64,000 nucleotides of DNA, taken from IMG/VR virus record IMGVR_UViG_3300037418_002259; one strand, 5' to 3'. Under the pieces are notes generated by a model that was given only the letters and a program-made list of their open reading frames with translations, ran no database searches and had not been told where the DNA came from. Positions 19,047-30,500 of the stretch are shown in pieces (within the stretch, counting starts at the first letter, position 1; every line of letters begins with the position of its first letter). Source of the stretch: an uncultured virus (IMG/VR IMGVR_UViG_3300037418_002259) (Duplodnaviria; Heunggongvirae; Uroviricota; Caudoviricetes). Made by a program: the position numbers and the translations under genes.

Positions 19047-19357
19047 GCGTCCGCCGGTTCCTGGAGTACACGAACCGGCTCCCCAGAGACGCCTGTATCC
19101 GGACCACAGAAGAGCAGCGCACACGGGAGGTGTGGACGGTGGACAACGAGCTGATGGCGCAACTCGTCGAGTTGACTTCGATCGTTGCCACCGACAGGCA
19201 GCTTAAGAAGCCGATCACCATCCCTCGTCCGGATCACATCCGCCGCAAGGGTCGGGCGTACCAGTCCGGGGTGAAGGAAGTCCCTGAGAACCCGTACAAG
19301 CAGGGCATCGCTGTGCTGCAGGCCACCAGTCCGCGTCGGCGGGCGGTGAGCAGATGA
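18474..19357 (+). CDS. tail assembly chaperone G-T via -1 frameshift at GGGGGAA (18920-18926)
   Basis: The -1 frame is open from the slippery site to 19357 (GIVAVLRLVDRRWGDVSYDFQHVLGLD...WTVDNELMA) and overlaps the tape measure start. Confidence 0.8.
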
Positions 19358-22300
19358 CAGAGGACGTCTCCGCTGGCCGGCTAGTAGCCGAGGTCGTCTC
19401 CGACACCAGCGGGTTCGCGCGTGACGCGAAGAAGAAGATCGATGCCGAGGTCAAGGCTCTCAAGGCCAAGATCAAGGCGGAGATCGACACCCGCGGCATG
19501 GTCGGTCAGGCGAAGAAGGCCGCCGCGGAGGCGTCCAAAGCAGCGGTTGTTCGGTTCAAAGCGGAGATCGACACCCGCGGTCTGATCGGTCAGGCGAAGG
19601 CCGCCGCCGCGCTGGCGTCGAAGGCTGCCGTCGTCAAGATGGGCGTCGAGGTCGACTCCAAGCAGGCGGTCGCGCAGGCGAAGATCGCCGCCGCGGAGGC
19701 GTCCAAGGTCGCCATTGTGCGGATGCAGGCCGACATCGACACCAGCAAGGTCGCTACTGCGGTGGCTGAAGCGACCGCGGCCGGGTCGTCGAAGGGCGTG
19801 ACGGTCGGCGTCGGAGCCGACACCACCGAGGCCGAGCAAGACGTCGACAAGTTCAAAAACGACCAGGAGAAGAAGAACCCGGTCAAGCTTCCGTTCGGCA
19901 TCGACCCGAAGGGGCTGAACCAGGCAGGGACGGCGCTGGCGAAACTGTCGAAGGTCCCGGCGATCGCCGGGGGCGTGTTCCTGCTCGGCACGGCTATCGT
20001 CCAGGTCGGTGGCGGGCTGATCGCGATGACGTCGGCAGCCTCCCAGGCGGTCGGGGTGCTCGCCGCGATCCCGAACCTGGTCGGAGTCGCTGCGCAGGGT
20101 GCTGCGTCGCTGCTGATCGGTTTCAGCGGCGTCGGCAACGCGGTCGGGCTGATGGCCAAGGCCGAGGACGCGGCGAACGCGTCAACTGCCGGGACGGGCG
20201 CGCAGGCGAAGGCTACGGCGCGCGCGGTCGAGTCGGCGGCGCGGCAGCGGGAGCGCGCCGCGCAGTCGGTGAAGGACGCGCAGCAGAGCCTGGCGGACGC
20301 GCAGAAGGCCGCTGATGACCAGGCGATCATGGGCGCGCGCGCCGTCGCGGACGCGCGCCAGGCGCTCGCGGACGCGCGCGAGTCAGCGGCCGAGCAGACG
20401 CGCGCCGCGATCGAGACCGTGTCTGACGCGGAGTGGTCGCTGGCGCGCGCGCAGGAAGCGTCGACAGCCGCGCAGAAGGCACTCAGCGACGCGCGCGTCG
20501 CGGCGAAGAAGCACATTGATGACCTGAACGCCGCACTGAAGGCCGGCTCGCTCGACGAGGAGGCCGCGGCGCTCGCGGTCAAGAGGGCTACGGAGCACCT
20601 TCAGGACATCAACTGGAGCGGTACCGCGTCGGGCACCGACAAGTCGGAAGCGGAACTCGCGGTCAGGCAGGCGAAGGAACACCTCACGGAGGTGCAGAAG
20701 AGCAACAAGGAACTGGCCGCCGAGGCGAAGAAGGCGAACAAGGACGGCGTCGAGGGGTCCGACCAGGTCAAGCAGGCCCGCGACCAGGTGCGCGACTCGC
20801 TGCACGCCGAGCAGGAAGACACCGAGAACCTCGCGAACGCGCAGCGCGCCCTGACGAAGGCGCAGACCGATGGCGCGCGCTCGATCGCGTTGGCTCAGCG
20901 TGCGCTCGGCGACGCGATCAAGCAGAACAAGGATGGCGAGATCGCCGCCGCGCGCGCGATCGAGCAGGCCGGGCGCGGCATTGTCGAGGCGAAGCAGAAC
21001 TACGCCGACGCGGTCCAGGCCGTCGCCGACGCGAACGAGACCGCGGCAGCCGGCGGCACGAAGGCCGCCGCTGCCCAGTCCGCGTTGCAGGCGGCGCTGG
21101 CCAAGATGTCGCCCGCGGCGCAGAAGTTCGCGAAGTTCATCTTCGGTCTGAAGCCGCAGTGGGAAGGGCTCAGGAACGCCGTACAGGCGGCCCTGCTGCC
21201 TCCTCTGCAGGTCGGTATCACCAAGGCGCTGCCGTTGCTCGGGACGCTGCAGAAGGGGCTTGTAGGGTCCGCCACGGTCGTCGGCAAACTCGGCGAGAAG
21301 CTGGGCGGGCTGCTGGGCGCGAAGTCGTTCCGCAACGACGTCGGCTCGATCATGGAGAGCAACAACCGCGCCATGACGTCGTTCGGCGACGCCGGGCTCA
21401 ACGTGATCCAGATCCTGCAGCACCTCGGGGTCGCCGCGGAGCCGCTGGTCGAGCGGTTCGCTGCCTGGACGAAGACACTGACTGCGGGGTGGCTCGAAGA
21501 GGTCAAGGTCGGCCGCCAGACCGGAGCGCTGACGGCGTGGCTGAACAAGGCCGGTGACCGGGCGGCGCAGCTCGGCAGCATCTTCAAGAATCTCGGGCTG
21601 GCGCTGTTTGGGATGGGTAAGGCTGCCGCGCCGGCCGGTGCCCAGCTGCTCGACGAGTTCGACAAGCTGACCCAGAAGTGGGCCACGTTCACGAACTCGG
21701 CCGAGGGCCAGAAGAAGATGAAGGAATTCTTCGACGCCACGAAGCCCGTGACCGAGGAGTTCGGTCGGCTGATCACCAACGTGGTCGCCTTCATCACCGC
21801 TGCGGGCTCGGGCGGTGGCGGGTCGCTGAACGGGTTCCTGAAGACCCTCAACTTCATCCTGGGGGCCCTCAACAAGCTGCTGGCGATCCCCGGTGCTGCG
21901 CCGTTCCTGGGGTGGATCATGACGCTGGCCGGCGTCGGCGGCGCGCTCGGTCTCGTGTCGTCGGTGATCCTCCGGATGGTCGGCAACCTCGGAAAACTCG
22001 CCAAGGTCACCGGCATCCAGAAGCTAGTCACGAGCCTGCGGGGGGCCGGCGACGAGGGCGAGAAGACAACGGGGGTCCTGGGCGGGCTCGGTAAGGCAGC
22101 CAAGTCTGTGGGCGGGGCGATCGCGGGCGCGACGAAGGCGACTGTCGGATGGATCGTGGCTCAGGTCCGCGCGGCTGCGGCTGCTGCTGTGACTGCGGGT
22201 CGGATGATCGCGCAGCGCGTCGCGGCGATGGCGATGGCGGTTGCCTCTGGCATCGCCCGGGCGGCGACGGTCGCCTGGACCGCGGTCCAGTGGCTGCTGA

Positions 22301-24492
22301 ACGTCGCGATGGACGCCAACCCGCTCGGGCTCGTCGTGATCGCGATCGGACTTTTGATAGGTGCCTTCATATTGGCGTGGAAGCACTCGGAGACCTTCCG
22401 CAAAATTGTGATGGGCGCACTTAACGGACTGAAAACGGCTGCCCTGGCGGTGTTCCATGCAGTCGGCGACGCCGTCCAGTGGGTGATCGGGTTCGTCGGC
22501 GACCACTGGAAACTGATCGTCGGCTACATCGGCGGGCCCCTCGTCGCCGCCGTCCTCCTGGTCATCACGCACTGGACCGCGATCAAAAACGCCTTCGCAG
22601 CGGCCGTCGCGTGGGTGAAGGACGCCTTCCTCAAGGGCTGGGCGGTCGTCAAGGCCATCGTGACCGACCCGGTCGGATCCGCCGTCGCGGCCGTGAAGGC
22701 CCTGCTCGGCGCGACCGGTCTGCTGAAGCCGTTCAACACCCTGGTCGGGTGGATCCAGGGCGCGTTCACGACCGCCTGGAACGGCATCAAGGCGATCTTT
22801 ACCGACCCGATCGGGGCCGCGAAGGCGACCATTACCACGCTGCTCGGTGCGACTGGGCTGCTGAAGCCGTTCAATGCCGTGGTCGGCTGGATGAAGAAGA
22901 CCTTCGCGACCGCCTGGGCCGGGCTGAAGAAGATCATCACCGACCCGCTCGGTGCCGCGAAGACCGTCGTCGACAACCTCCTGGGCAAGACCGGTCTGCA
23001 GAAGACCTTCACCGACGGCGTGTCCGCGATCACGAAGATCTGGGATGGGCTGAAGACCGCGGCCAAGACGCCGATCAAGTTCATCATCGACACGGTCCTG
23101 AATGACGGGCTCATCGACGGATTCAACTGGCTCGCCGGCAAGGTCGGAATCAAGACCCAGATCGAGCACATCCCGCTCCCGAAGGGCTTCCAGGACGGCG
23201 GCCAGTACAGCCAGCGCGAGTTCTCCGGGAAGATCCGCGGGAAGAAGAGCCGTAAGGACAACCTGGTTGCCCGGGGCCCGCTCGGTCAGCGGATCGGGCT
23301 CGCGACCGGCGAGTTCATCACCAACGCCAAGGAGACCGCGAAGAACCTGCCGTTGCTGCGCGCGATCAACGCGGGCAAGATCAGCAGCCGGGTAAGCCAG
23401 ATGCTCCAGGGCGGGTTCGCCGATGGCGGCGTCTTCGGCGGTATCAAGAAGGTCGTCACCGGTGCCGCGTCGAAGGGCAAGCAGCTCGGCAGCGACGTCC
23501 TCGACGTGCTGAAGGACCCGGCCGGGTGGCTCAAGAATCGCATGACCGCGCCGCTGGACCGGCTGAAGGAACTCGGCACCTCGCCGTACGCCGAACTGGT
23601 GAAGGCGGTTCCGAGGAAGCTGGTCGACCTCGTCGCGGGTCAGGCGAAGTCGATCCTGTCCGGGCTCGGCGGCGGAGGCGGCGGCAGCGACACCGGTGGC
23701 GGCGGGCCGATCAACCCTGGTCTGGCCGGCGCGCTGAACTGGGTGAAGACACAGGTCGGCAAGCCGTACCTGTGGGGCGGTGTAGGCCCTGACGGCTACG
23801 ACTGCTCCGGTCTGATGGGCGCGATCGTCAACGTCATCAAGGGAGCCGAGAACCCGTTCAAGCGGCTCTTCTCGACCGCGAGCCTGCCCACCGACCTGTT
23901 CGAGAAGGGTCCGGGCGCGTTCTCGATCGGCTGGTTCAAGGGCAACCCAGGCCACACCGCCGGCACCCTGAACGGCGTCAACGTCGAGTCCCGCGGCGGC
24001 AAGGGCGTGGTGATGGGTAAGAACGCCCGCGGCGCGAGCAACTCGCTTTTCAACTCCGGCGTCTATCACCTGAAGGGCTACGCCAAGGGCGGCATGTTCG
24101 GCGACCCGCCGTTCGACCTGATCGACCCGCGCGGCAAGTCGCCGCTCCCGTCTGCCGACGAGCTGATGCGGGCGCTCGGGGTCACGTTCGACACGGGCGG
24201 CTTCGTGGCTCCTGGCGACACCTTCGTACGGAATAAGACCGGCGAGCACGAGGCCATGTTCCAGCCGGAGACGTGGAAACGGGCGCGAGGCGTCCTCGAC
24301 CAGCTGATCAGCGGCGGCCGGCCGCGCACCGTCGACCGTGCCGCCGCGAGCGGTGACCGAGCGGCTCCCCTGGTCGAGCACCTGGAGGTGTCGGTCGGCG
24401 ACAAGGCAGACCTGCCCGAGGCGCTCGACGAGGTCACTCACCGCCTCCGCGTGATCAACAGAGGAGGCGTGTATGCCGACCGAACTCCGTGA
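19354..24492 (+). CDS. tape measure protein with C-terminal NlpC/P60 peptidase domain
   Basis: 1712 aa, Ala-rich coiled coil, hydrophobic and W-periodic repeats; GKPYLWGG.GPDGYDCSG...GHT. Confidence 0.93.
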   Translation: MTEDVSAGRLVAEVVSDTSGFARDAKKKIDAEVKALKAKIKAEIDTRGMVGQAKKAAAEASKAAVVRFKAEIDTRGLIGQAKAAAALASKAAVVKMGVEVDSKQAVAQAKIAAAEASKVAIVRMQADIDTSKVATAVAEATAAGSSKGVTVGVGADTTEAEQDVDKFKNDQEKKNPVKLPFGIDPKGLNQAGTALAKLSKVPAIAGGVFLLGTAIVQVGGGLIAMTSAASQAVGVLAAIPNLVGVAAQGAASLLIGFSGVGNAVGLMAKAEDAANASTAGTGAQAKATARAVESAARQRERAAQSVKDAQQSLADAQKAADDQAIMGARAVADARQALADARESAAEQTRAAIETVSDAEWSLARAQEASTAAQKALSDARVAAKKHIDDLNAALKAGSLDEEAAALAVKRATEHLQDINWSGTASGTDKSEAELAVRQAKEHLTEVQKSNKELAAEAKKANKDGVEGSDQVKQARDQVRDSLHAEQEDTENLANAQRALTKAQTDGARSIALAQRALGDAIKQNKDGEIAAARAIEQAGRGIVEAKQNYADAVQAVADANETAAAGGTKAAAAQSALQAALAKMSPAAQKFAKFIFGLKPQWEGLRNAVQAALLPPLQVGITKALPLLGTLQKGLVGSATVVGKLGEKLGGLLGAKSFRNDVGSIMESNNRAMTSFGDAGLNVIQILQHLGVAAEPLVERFAAWTKTLTAGWLEEVKVGRQTGALTAWLNKAGDRAAQLGSIFKNLGLALFGMGKAAAPAGAQLLDEFDKLTQKWATFTNSAEGQKKMKEFFDATKPVTEEFGRLITNVVAFITAAGSGGGGSLNGFLKTLNFILGALNKLLAIPGAAPFLGWIMTLAGVGGALGLVSSVILRMVGNLGKLAKVTGIQKLVTSLRGAGDEGEKTTGVLGGLGKAAKSVGGAIAGATKATVGWIVAQVRAAAAAAVTAGRMIAQRVAAMAMAVASGIARAATVAWTAVQWLLNVAMDANPLGLVVIAIGLLIGAFILAWKHSETFRKIVMGALNGLKTAALAVFHAVGDAVQWVIGFVGDHWKLIVGYIGGPLVAAVLLVITHWTAIKNAFAAAVAWVKDAFLKGWAVVKAIVTDPVGSAVAAVKALLGATGLLKPFNTLVGWIQGAFTTAWNGIKAIFTDPIGAAKATITTLLGATGLLKPFNAVVGWMKKTFATAWAGLKKIITDPLGAAKTVVDNLLGKTGLQKTFTDGVSAITKIWDGLKTAAKTPIKFIIDTVLNDGLIDGFNWLAGKVGIKTQIEHIPLPKGFQDGGQYSQREFSGKIRGKKSRKDNLVARGPLGQRIGLATGEFITNAKETAKNLPLLRAINAGKISSRVSQMLQGGFADGGVFGGIKKVVTGAASKGKQLGSDVLDVLKDPAGWLKNRMTAPLDRLKELGTSPYAELVKAVPRKLVDLVAGQAKSILSGLGGGGGGSDTGGGGPINPGLAGALNWVKTQVGKPYLWGGVGPDGYDCSGLMGAIVNVIKGAENPFKRLFSTASLPTDLFEKGPGAFSIGWFKGNPGHTAGTLNGVNVESRGGKGVVMGKNARGASNSLFNSGVYHLKGYAKGGMFGDPPFDLIDPRGKSPLPSADELMRALGVTFDTGGFVAPGDTFVRNKTGEHEAMFQPETWKRARGVLDQLISGGRPRTVDRAAASGDRAAPLVEHLEVSVGDKADLPEALDEVTHRLRVINRGGVYADRTP

Positions 24493-25402
24493 GCACCAGT
24501 TGGAGCTACTCGACGCGAACGACGAGACCCGCTCGCTGCTGTTCGGGACCGAGGACACCGGGTACCTCACGCTGTCCCCGCCCGCGTGGAAGTCAGGTGA
24601 CGCCCGCGACGACGACCTCGAACGTCCGCACGAGGACGGCCGCTACTTCGGGCGTGATCTGCGCGGTGCTGGCTCGGTCGGGTTGGAGATCGGCGTACTC
24701 ACGGACCGGCTCGCCGTAGGCGCGGCAACAGCGTACGAGCGTGACAGCGACTACACCGACGCCCTGCAAACCTGGTGGGACGACGAGGACTTCCGCACCA
24801 ACCCGCGGGACCTGGCGATCCTGCGGACCTGCGTTGCGGGTCGCACCTGGCGTGCGTACGGCCGGCCGCGCCGGTTCGACGCGGTCAAGTCCCGGCTGGC
24901 GCAACTGGGCTATACCCCGGTCGTCTGCGATTTCGCGCTCATCGACAACCGCGTGTACGCCGACGACCCGGAGACTCTGACCGTTCCGCTGGTCGCGGCT
25001 CCGTCGGGAGGGTTCACCGCGCCGTTCACCGCGCCGATCGTGCTCACCCCCGAGACGAGCAACGGCGACGTGATCACGATCGGCGGGGTGAAGAAGACCT
25101 GGACGTGGGTGGCGTTCCGGGGCCCCGTGCTGAATCCGCAAGTGACCATTGGTCCCCTGACGATCGGGCTCACAGCCTCGATCCCGGACGGCCTCACCGT
25201 CACGGTCGACCCGCGCCCCTGGTCGCGTGGCGTGACCCGCGAGGACGGGGCCAACTACGCCGGCTCGCTGAGCGTCGCGACACCGATCCTGCAGGAGATC
25301 CTGATCCGTCCCGGCACCTACAACGTCGCCTACAGCGGGATCGATGCCACGGGCACCAGTTCGTGCACGGTCAGCTGGCGTACCGCCCGCAGCCTGCCCT
25401 GA
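24473..25402 (+). CDS. distal tail protein (Dit-like minor tail)
   Basis: Directly after the tape measure gene; GRPRR and GP..NP motifs. Confidence 0.75.
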   Translation: MPTELREHQLELLDANDETRSLLFGTEDTGYLTLSPPAWKSGDARDDDLERPHEDGRYFGRDLRGAGSVGLEIGVLTDRLAVGAATAYERDSDYTDALQTWWDDEDFRTNPRDLAILRTCVAGRTWRAYGRPRRFDAVKSRLAQLGYTPVVCDFALIDNRVYADDPETLTVPLVAAPSGGFTAPFTAPIVLTPETSNGDVITIGGVKKTWTWVAFRGPVLNPQVTIGPLTIGLTASIPDGLTVTVDPRPWSRGVTREDGANYAGSLSVATPILQEILIRPGTYNVAYSGIDATGTSSCTVSWRTARSLP

Positions 25403-25407
25403 TCGCT

Positions 25408-25441
25408 CGACGCGACCTTAACCACCTTCGGCAGCGACGCT
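25408..25441 (+). promoter_or_regulatory. class-A promoter (minor tail)
   Basis: CGACGCGACCTTAA-N14-GACGCT. Confidence 0.7.
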
Positions 25442-25478
25442 AGCCCCGTTCTTTCGTTGCCGATGAAGGAGAGCCGCT

Positions 25479-26477
25479 GTGGGTGTCGATCCAGTCGCCT
25501 GGATGATCGATGGCGGCGCAGCCCTGCACACTGCTTCCCTCGGCCGGAAGTTCGCGTACGCCGCGCTGGGCGGCAACGACGGCATCATCGGCGCGACCGA
25601 CTGCGAGGTACGGGAACTCGCCGTCCCCGGCACGAAGGTCCGGGTGTACCCCGGGATGGCCGCGATCCGGAACAGGGCGAACAACGCCCTCAACGAGACC
25701 TACCTGGGCAGCGTCTTCAGCGAGACGCAGCTCGACATCGCAGCCACGACGGCGTCCGGTCCCCGCAGCGACATGATCTGTGCTCGGGTCGAGAACCCGT
25801 ACATCAACGGGGAACCGTGGCCGGATCCTTCCGACCCGACGACTGGCCCGTACTTCAAGCTGGTCGTGCTCCCGAACGTCGGCAGCACCGCGACCGTCCC
25901 TCCGGCAGGCTCGGGCAACGCCATCCTCCCGCTGGCACGGATCGACTTGCCGGCCTCGACCGCGACCGTGATCCAGTCGTACTGCAAAGACCTGCGGTAC
26001 ATGGCGAACGTGCTGCAGTCGACCGACGCCCGGGTCCTCCCCGTGCCCGGCCAGCACACCCTGCCCACCAGCCAGAACACGTACATCACGTGGCCCGCGC
26101 CGCCGATGGCCACACAGACCGTCAAGGTGCCGGCCTGGGCAACCAAAGCGGTCATCCGGGGCGTCGTGGCCGTCGTCCAGGTCCCCAACGGCGGCAACGC
26201 CCGCGGCGACATCCGCGCCGGTATCGGCACTCTGCGGACCGGCGCAATCCAGTGGGACTACGACACCACAGGCACCACTAGCCCGGACCGCCAGAACCTG
26301 TTCTTCGGCGGCGAGATCGACATCCCCGCGAACTACCGGGGCACGACGCAGAGCCTGCTCACCGAGGCACGCGGCTACACCGTTGCCTCTGGCAACACGG
26401 TGCCGGTCTACGCGGAGGTCTACTCGACAGTCTCGATCGACGTCACGTTCAAGGCCGTCCCCGCCTCGAACGCCTAG
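25479..26477 (+). CDS. minor tail protein
   Basis: RBS AAGGAG; RSD....RV..P and PLARID.PA motifs typical of actinophage minor tails. Confidence 0.7.
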   Translation: MGVDPVAWMIDGGAALHTASLGRKFAYAALGGNDGIIGATDCEVRELAVPGTKVRVYPGMAAIRNRANNALNETYLGSVFSETQLDIAATTASGPRSDMICARVENPYINGEPWPDPSDPTTGPYFKLVVLPNVGSTATVPPAGSGNAILPLARIDLPASTATVIQSYCKDLRYMANVLQSTDARVLPVPGQHTLPTSQNTYITWPAPPMATQTVKVPAWATKAVIRGVVAVVQVPNGGNARGDIRAGIGTLRTGAIQWDYDTTGTTSPDRQNLFFGGEIDIPANYRGTTQSLLTEARGYTVASGNTVPVYAEVYSTVSIDVTFKAVPASNA

Positions 26478-26486
26478 GCAGGCCCG

Positions 26487-27590
26487 ATGAGATACCTGCT
26501 GCAGCGGATCCTCACCGGGGAGTGGCTGACCCGCGACTTCGAGCTGATCGAGGGGCAACGTACCCGCGCGCTCTCAGGCCCCGGCGGCATCAACGGCTTC
26601 GTCCGGCCCGGCGCTGAGAACCTGATCGCTGACGACGGCAATCCGCTGTTGTGGGACTGGGGTACCGCGATCTATGCCGAGGGTCCCGATGGCCAGATCC
26701 GCAACAACGGGATCGTGGAAAAGATCTCGTACGACGATCAGGGCCGGCTGACGCTGGAGGCTCCGGGGTTCTCGCGGTACGCGCAGGGGATCCCGTACTC
26801 GCACACGTACCGCGGGGTCCACGTCGACCCGCTCGCCACGGTGGTGCCTCTCCTGTGGGCCGACGTGCAATCGAACCCGTGGCGACTGTCGGGGGTCACC
26901 CTCGACGCCGTCACGACGCCGGAGTCGGCGTGGATCGGCGACAACGAGAACCCGTATTTGCTTGCCTGGTACAACAGCGTCGACTGCGGCGCTGAGATCG
27001 ACAACCTCGCAAAGCAGGTCCCGTTCGACTACGCCGAGCTGTGCTGGTACCCCGACGGCACACACCTGACCGTCCAGCGCCACATCAAGATCGGTTACCC
27101 GCGGCTCGGTCGACGCCGCACCGATCTGCGGTTCGCCGGGGGCGAGAACATCGTGTCCGTCGTGCCGGTCGAGGTCGACGGCGGCGAGTACGCCGACGAG
27201 TTGTACGGGATCGGCCGCGGCGAAGGCTCAGCGATGGTGCACGCCACCGTCGCCCGCAGGCAAGGCCGGCTGTCCCGGCCCAAGATCATCACCGACAAGA
27301 CCGCCGACCAGGCGCGACTCAACGCCATCCTGCAAGCCGAACTCATCAAGCGCGCCGACGTACAGGACATCTCCGAGGTGACGATCCGGGACCACCCGAA
27401 CGCACCGATCTCGGCAATCGATCCTGGCGACGACATCCTCATTCAGGCCGTAGTGCAAGGCCTCGGCTCCGTCCGGTTGTGGGTGCGGGTGTTGTCGATC
27501 GGCGAGGCAGACACGCACGACGGCCAGGCCGTGTTGGCGACGCAGCGCTCGGATTCGTTCATCTACAACGCGTCCACGGAGGTCTCGTGA
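26487..27590 (+). CDS. minor tail/baseplate hub protein
   Basis: LSGPGG, GYPRLGRRR.DLRF..GEN and G.GEG motifs; synteny. Confidence 0.7.
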   Translation: MRYLLQRILTGEWLTRDFELIEGQRTRALSGPGGINGFVRPGAENLIADDGNPLLWDWGTAIYAEGPDGQIRNNGIVEKISYDDQGRLTLEAPGFSRYAQGIPYSHTYRGVHVDPLATVVPLLWADVQSNPWRLSGVTLDAVTTPESAWIGDNENPYLLAWYNSVDCGAEIDNLAKQVPFDYAELCWYPDGTHLTVQRHIKIGYPRLGRRRTDLRFAGGENIVSVVPVEVDGGEYADELYGIGRGEGSAMVHATVARRQGRLSRPKIITDKTADQARLNAILQAELIKRADVQDISEVTIRDHPNAPISAIDPGDDILIQAVVQGLGSVRLWVRVLSIGEADTHDGQAVLATQRSDSFIYNASTEVS

Positions 27591-30500
27591 GCACCGCAGC
27601 GAGAACCGTCGCCGACCAGATCGCGGCTCTGCAGAAGGCCGTTGAGGATCTACAGCGGGCCCCTCGGCTCGCGAACGCCTCGATCGAGGGGTTTCCCCTC
27701 ACCGTCAACGACGAGGACGGACAGCAGCGGCAGACGATCGGTTTGCAGCCTGACGGCACCTACACGACGGTCGACGTCAACGGGCCGCCGCCTCCGGTTC
27801 CGTCACTGCCGACGATCGAGGCGCGGCCGGGAGCGCTCGTCGTCACCTGGGACGGGACGTTCGCCGGCGGCGTCGCTCCTCCCGCCGACTGGGATCACGT
27901 CGAGGTGCACCGCTCGACCACGTCCGGCTACACACCGACCGACGAGACGCAGGTCGCCACATTCAACACGCTGAAGGGTGGCAGCCTCACCCTCGCGCTC
28001 GACCCGGTCGCGCACTACATCGTGTTCCAGGCCGTCTCGACGTCCCGGACCGAGTCCGCCCCGACCGCGGAAGTTGCCGGCACCCCGTTGCCTGCGGCAA
28101 CCGCTGACGGCGTCAAGACCTACTACGAGGACACGCCACCGCTCGGGCTCGGTGCCGACGACGACGGCTCGCTGTGGTTCGACACGAACGACGGCAACCA
28201 TCCGTACAGGTGGGACGGGCCGACGTTGCAATGGCTCACCGTCCGGGATGGCTCGATCGCGGCCGCGTCGGCGGCAGCCGCCACCGCGCAGACGCAGGCG
28301 AACAACGCACTCACGGCCGCGCAGGCGGCGCAGGCGACCGCTGACGGCGCGATCCGCACCTACTACCAGTCCAATCCCCCATGGGCCAACGGCTCCAGTC
28401 AGCCGGCCGAGGTCGTCGGCGATCTCTGGTTCGACACCGATGACGGGCAGGCGTACCGGTGGAACGGTACGACGTGGGTCATCATCGAGGACAACTCGAT
28501 CGCCGCCGCGCTCGCCGCCGCACAGAACGCGCAGACCACCGCGGACGGCAAGATCACGTCGTACTACCAGACCACCACGCCGACGATCGGGGAACTCGGC
28601 GACCTCTGGTACGACACCGACGACCAGAACAAGCCGTACTACTGCTCGTCGGTCACTCCGCTCACCTGGACGTCGCTGCGGGACGGCACGATCGCCCAGG
28701 CGCAGCAGACCGCCAACGACGCACTCGACGCGGCGACCACTGACGGTCTTGCTCCGACGTCGTCGCCGGATCCGATGTGGCTCGCCGGCATCGGCATGTT
28801 CATCATCCGGTGGGAACCGATCGTCAATGCTGACCCGGTCACCTACGAGGTGCATATCTCGTCGACGCTTGGCTTCACGCCTACGGCTGGTGATCCGGCA
28901 ACGCTTGTTGGGACGACGGACGGCAGCCAGTTCACCGTCCGGGCGCTGCCAGGTCCCGACCCCGCCCCTGGGGAGGTCGATCCCCGGGCGCTGGACTACG
29001 ACACGACGTACTACGTGCGGATCATCGCCACTGACGCAGACGGGGCCGCGCCGTACAGCCTCCAGACACCGGCGAGCGCGCTCCGGGTCACCGGCATCGA
29101 CCTGGCCGTCGACTCCGTCACAGCGGCCAACATTGTCGCGGGCACCCTGACCGGCGAATTGTTCTCGGCGACGGTCATCATGGCCGGCACGTTCAAGACT
29201 GCCGAGACCGGGCAGCGGATCGAGTTCGGTATCGCGGGCATCAGGGGCTACAAGTCCGATGGTTCGCTGATGATCAACTTCCCCACCGCGGACGGCGAGG
29301 AGGCACTGTTCGACGGGGAGATGATCGCCCGCGGTCTGACCGTGCTCAAGGGCGCATCGTTCTCCGGGGATAGCGAACTGAACGCCGACTCCACCTGGAC
29401 CCTGCAGTCGGGCATCACCTCGCCTTCGGCAACTCCTCAGGTCGGGGTGACCTACGACGCCATCCAGATCAGCACTGCTGGCCTGACCGCCGCGGAGAAG
29501 ACCGGCGCGCTCGGAACCTTCGACCTGGTGCCCACCGAAGTGTCCTGCATCGAGTGGAAGCAGTCCTCGCCGGACTACTGGGTCGTCCACCAGATCAGAT
29601 CCAACGGGACTAGAGCCTGGTTGTTCCGGGTTTCCACCGGGGCACCGGACATCCTTGCCGGCGGCCAGCACTTCACTGACTACGCCGACTGGGAGTACCA
29701 CTCTGTGTGGCAGATCCCCGCGAGCGGGGCTCATCCTGGCGTCTACCGGATGGGCCGGTGGATCCCCGATGGCGCGCTGAACACGTACTACCTGTCTTCC
29801 CCGGCTGGTTTGAACCGGTACTCCCGACAGAACGGTGTGGCTCCGCCAGCGATCGGCTCGGACGGCAACTTCATCTTCACCGCCGAGGTGATCAACACCA
29901 GCCTACGAGTTCGGTACTGGGTGCCGGATGGAGCCGGTGGCAACCTGACGAGCCCGACTCAGACTTTCGAGTCCGGACAGGGCTACACCGCCAGTCATGC
30001 GCTCTGCACGATCCTGTACAGCAGCGTCGGTTTCGACACGGGCTCCAGTGGGGGTACGGGCAAGTTCGCGGTGGCCGAGCGGGGCTGGAACACCAACCAA
30101 CGCCTGCTGAACGAGCCGGCTGCCTCGGGCGGCACGCTGTACCCCGATGGGTCAGGTGGAAGCTGGACTTCGTCCACCAAGGAAGCCAGTAGCTTCGAGT
30201 CGCCCACCAGCAACCGCCGCGCGATGGCATGGGACGCGACCAACTCCTGTTTCTGGACCTTTGGTGCTGACGGCTACATGTACAAGCACACCTCAGAACG
30301 CTGGGACCCGAGCGTCACATCCAGCAAGTTCTGGGCTGCGGTCACCTACTACGACGACGTGGGCACCCCGCACGAAACTCTCCCTGGCCCGCCCAAGAGC
30401 TACACGGCCAATCGGCGGGCGAAGAACTACTTCAACGTCCCGCCGCTGTCCAGTACGCCCACTGCGGAAGAGCCAAACAAAGCCAGGCTGTACATGGCTC

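Noticed and set aside
19110..19117. AAGAGCAG here and at 38930-38937 as extra hairpin copies
   Set aside because: Both are inside coding sequence with no flanking stem or RBS.
22660..23010. Internal tape-measure DNA repeats as a DGR template/variable pair
   Set aside because: They are in-frame protein repeats without adenine-specific differences, and no reverse transcriptase is present.
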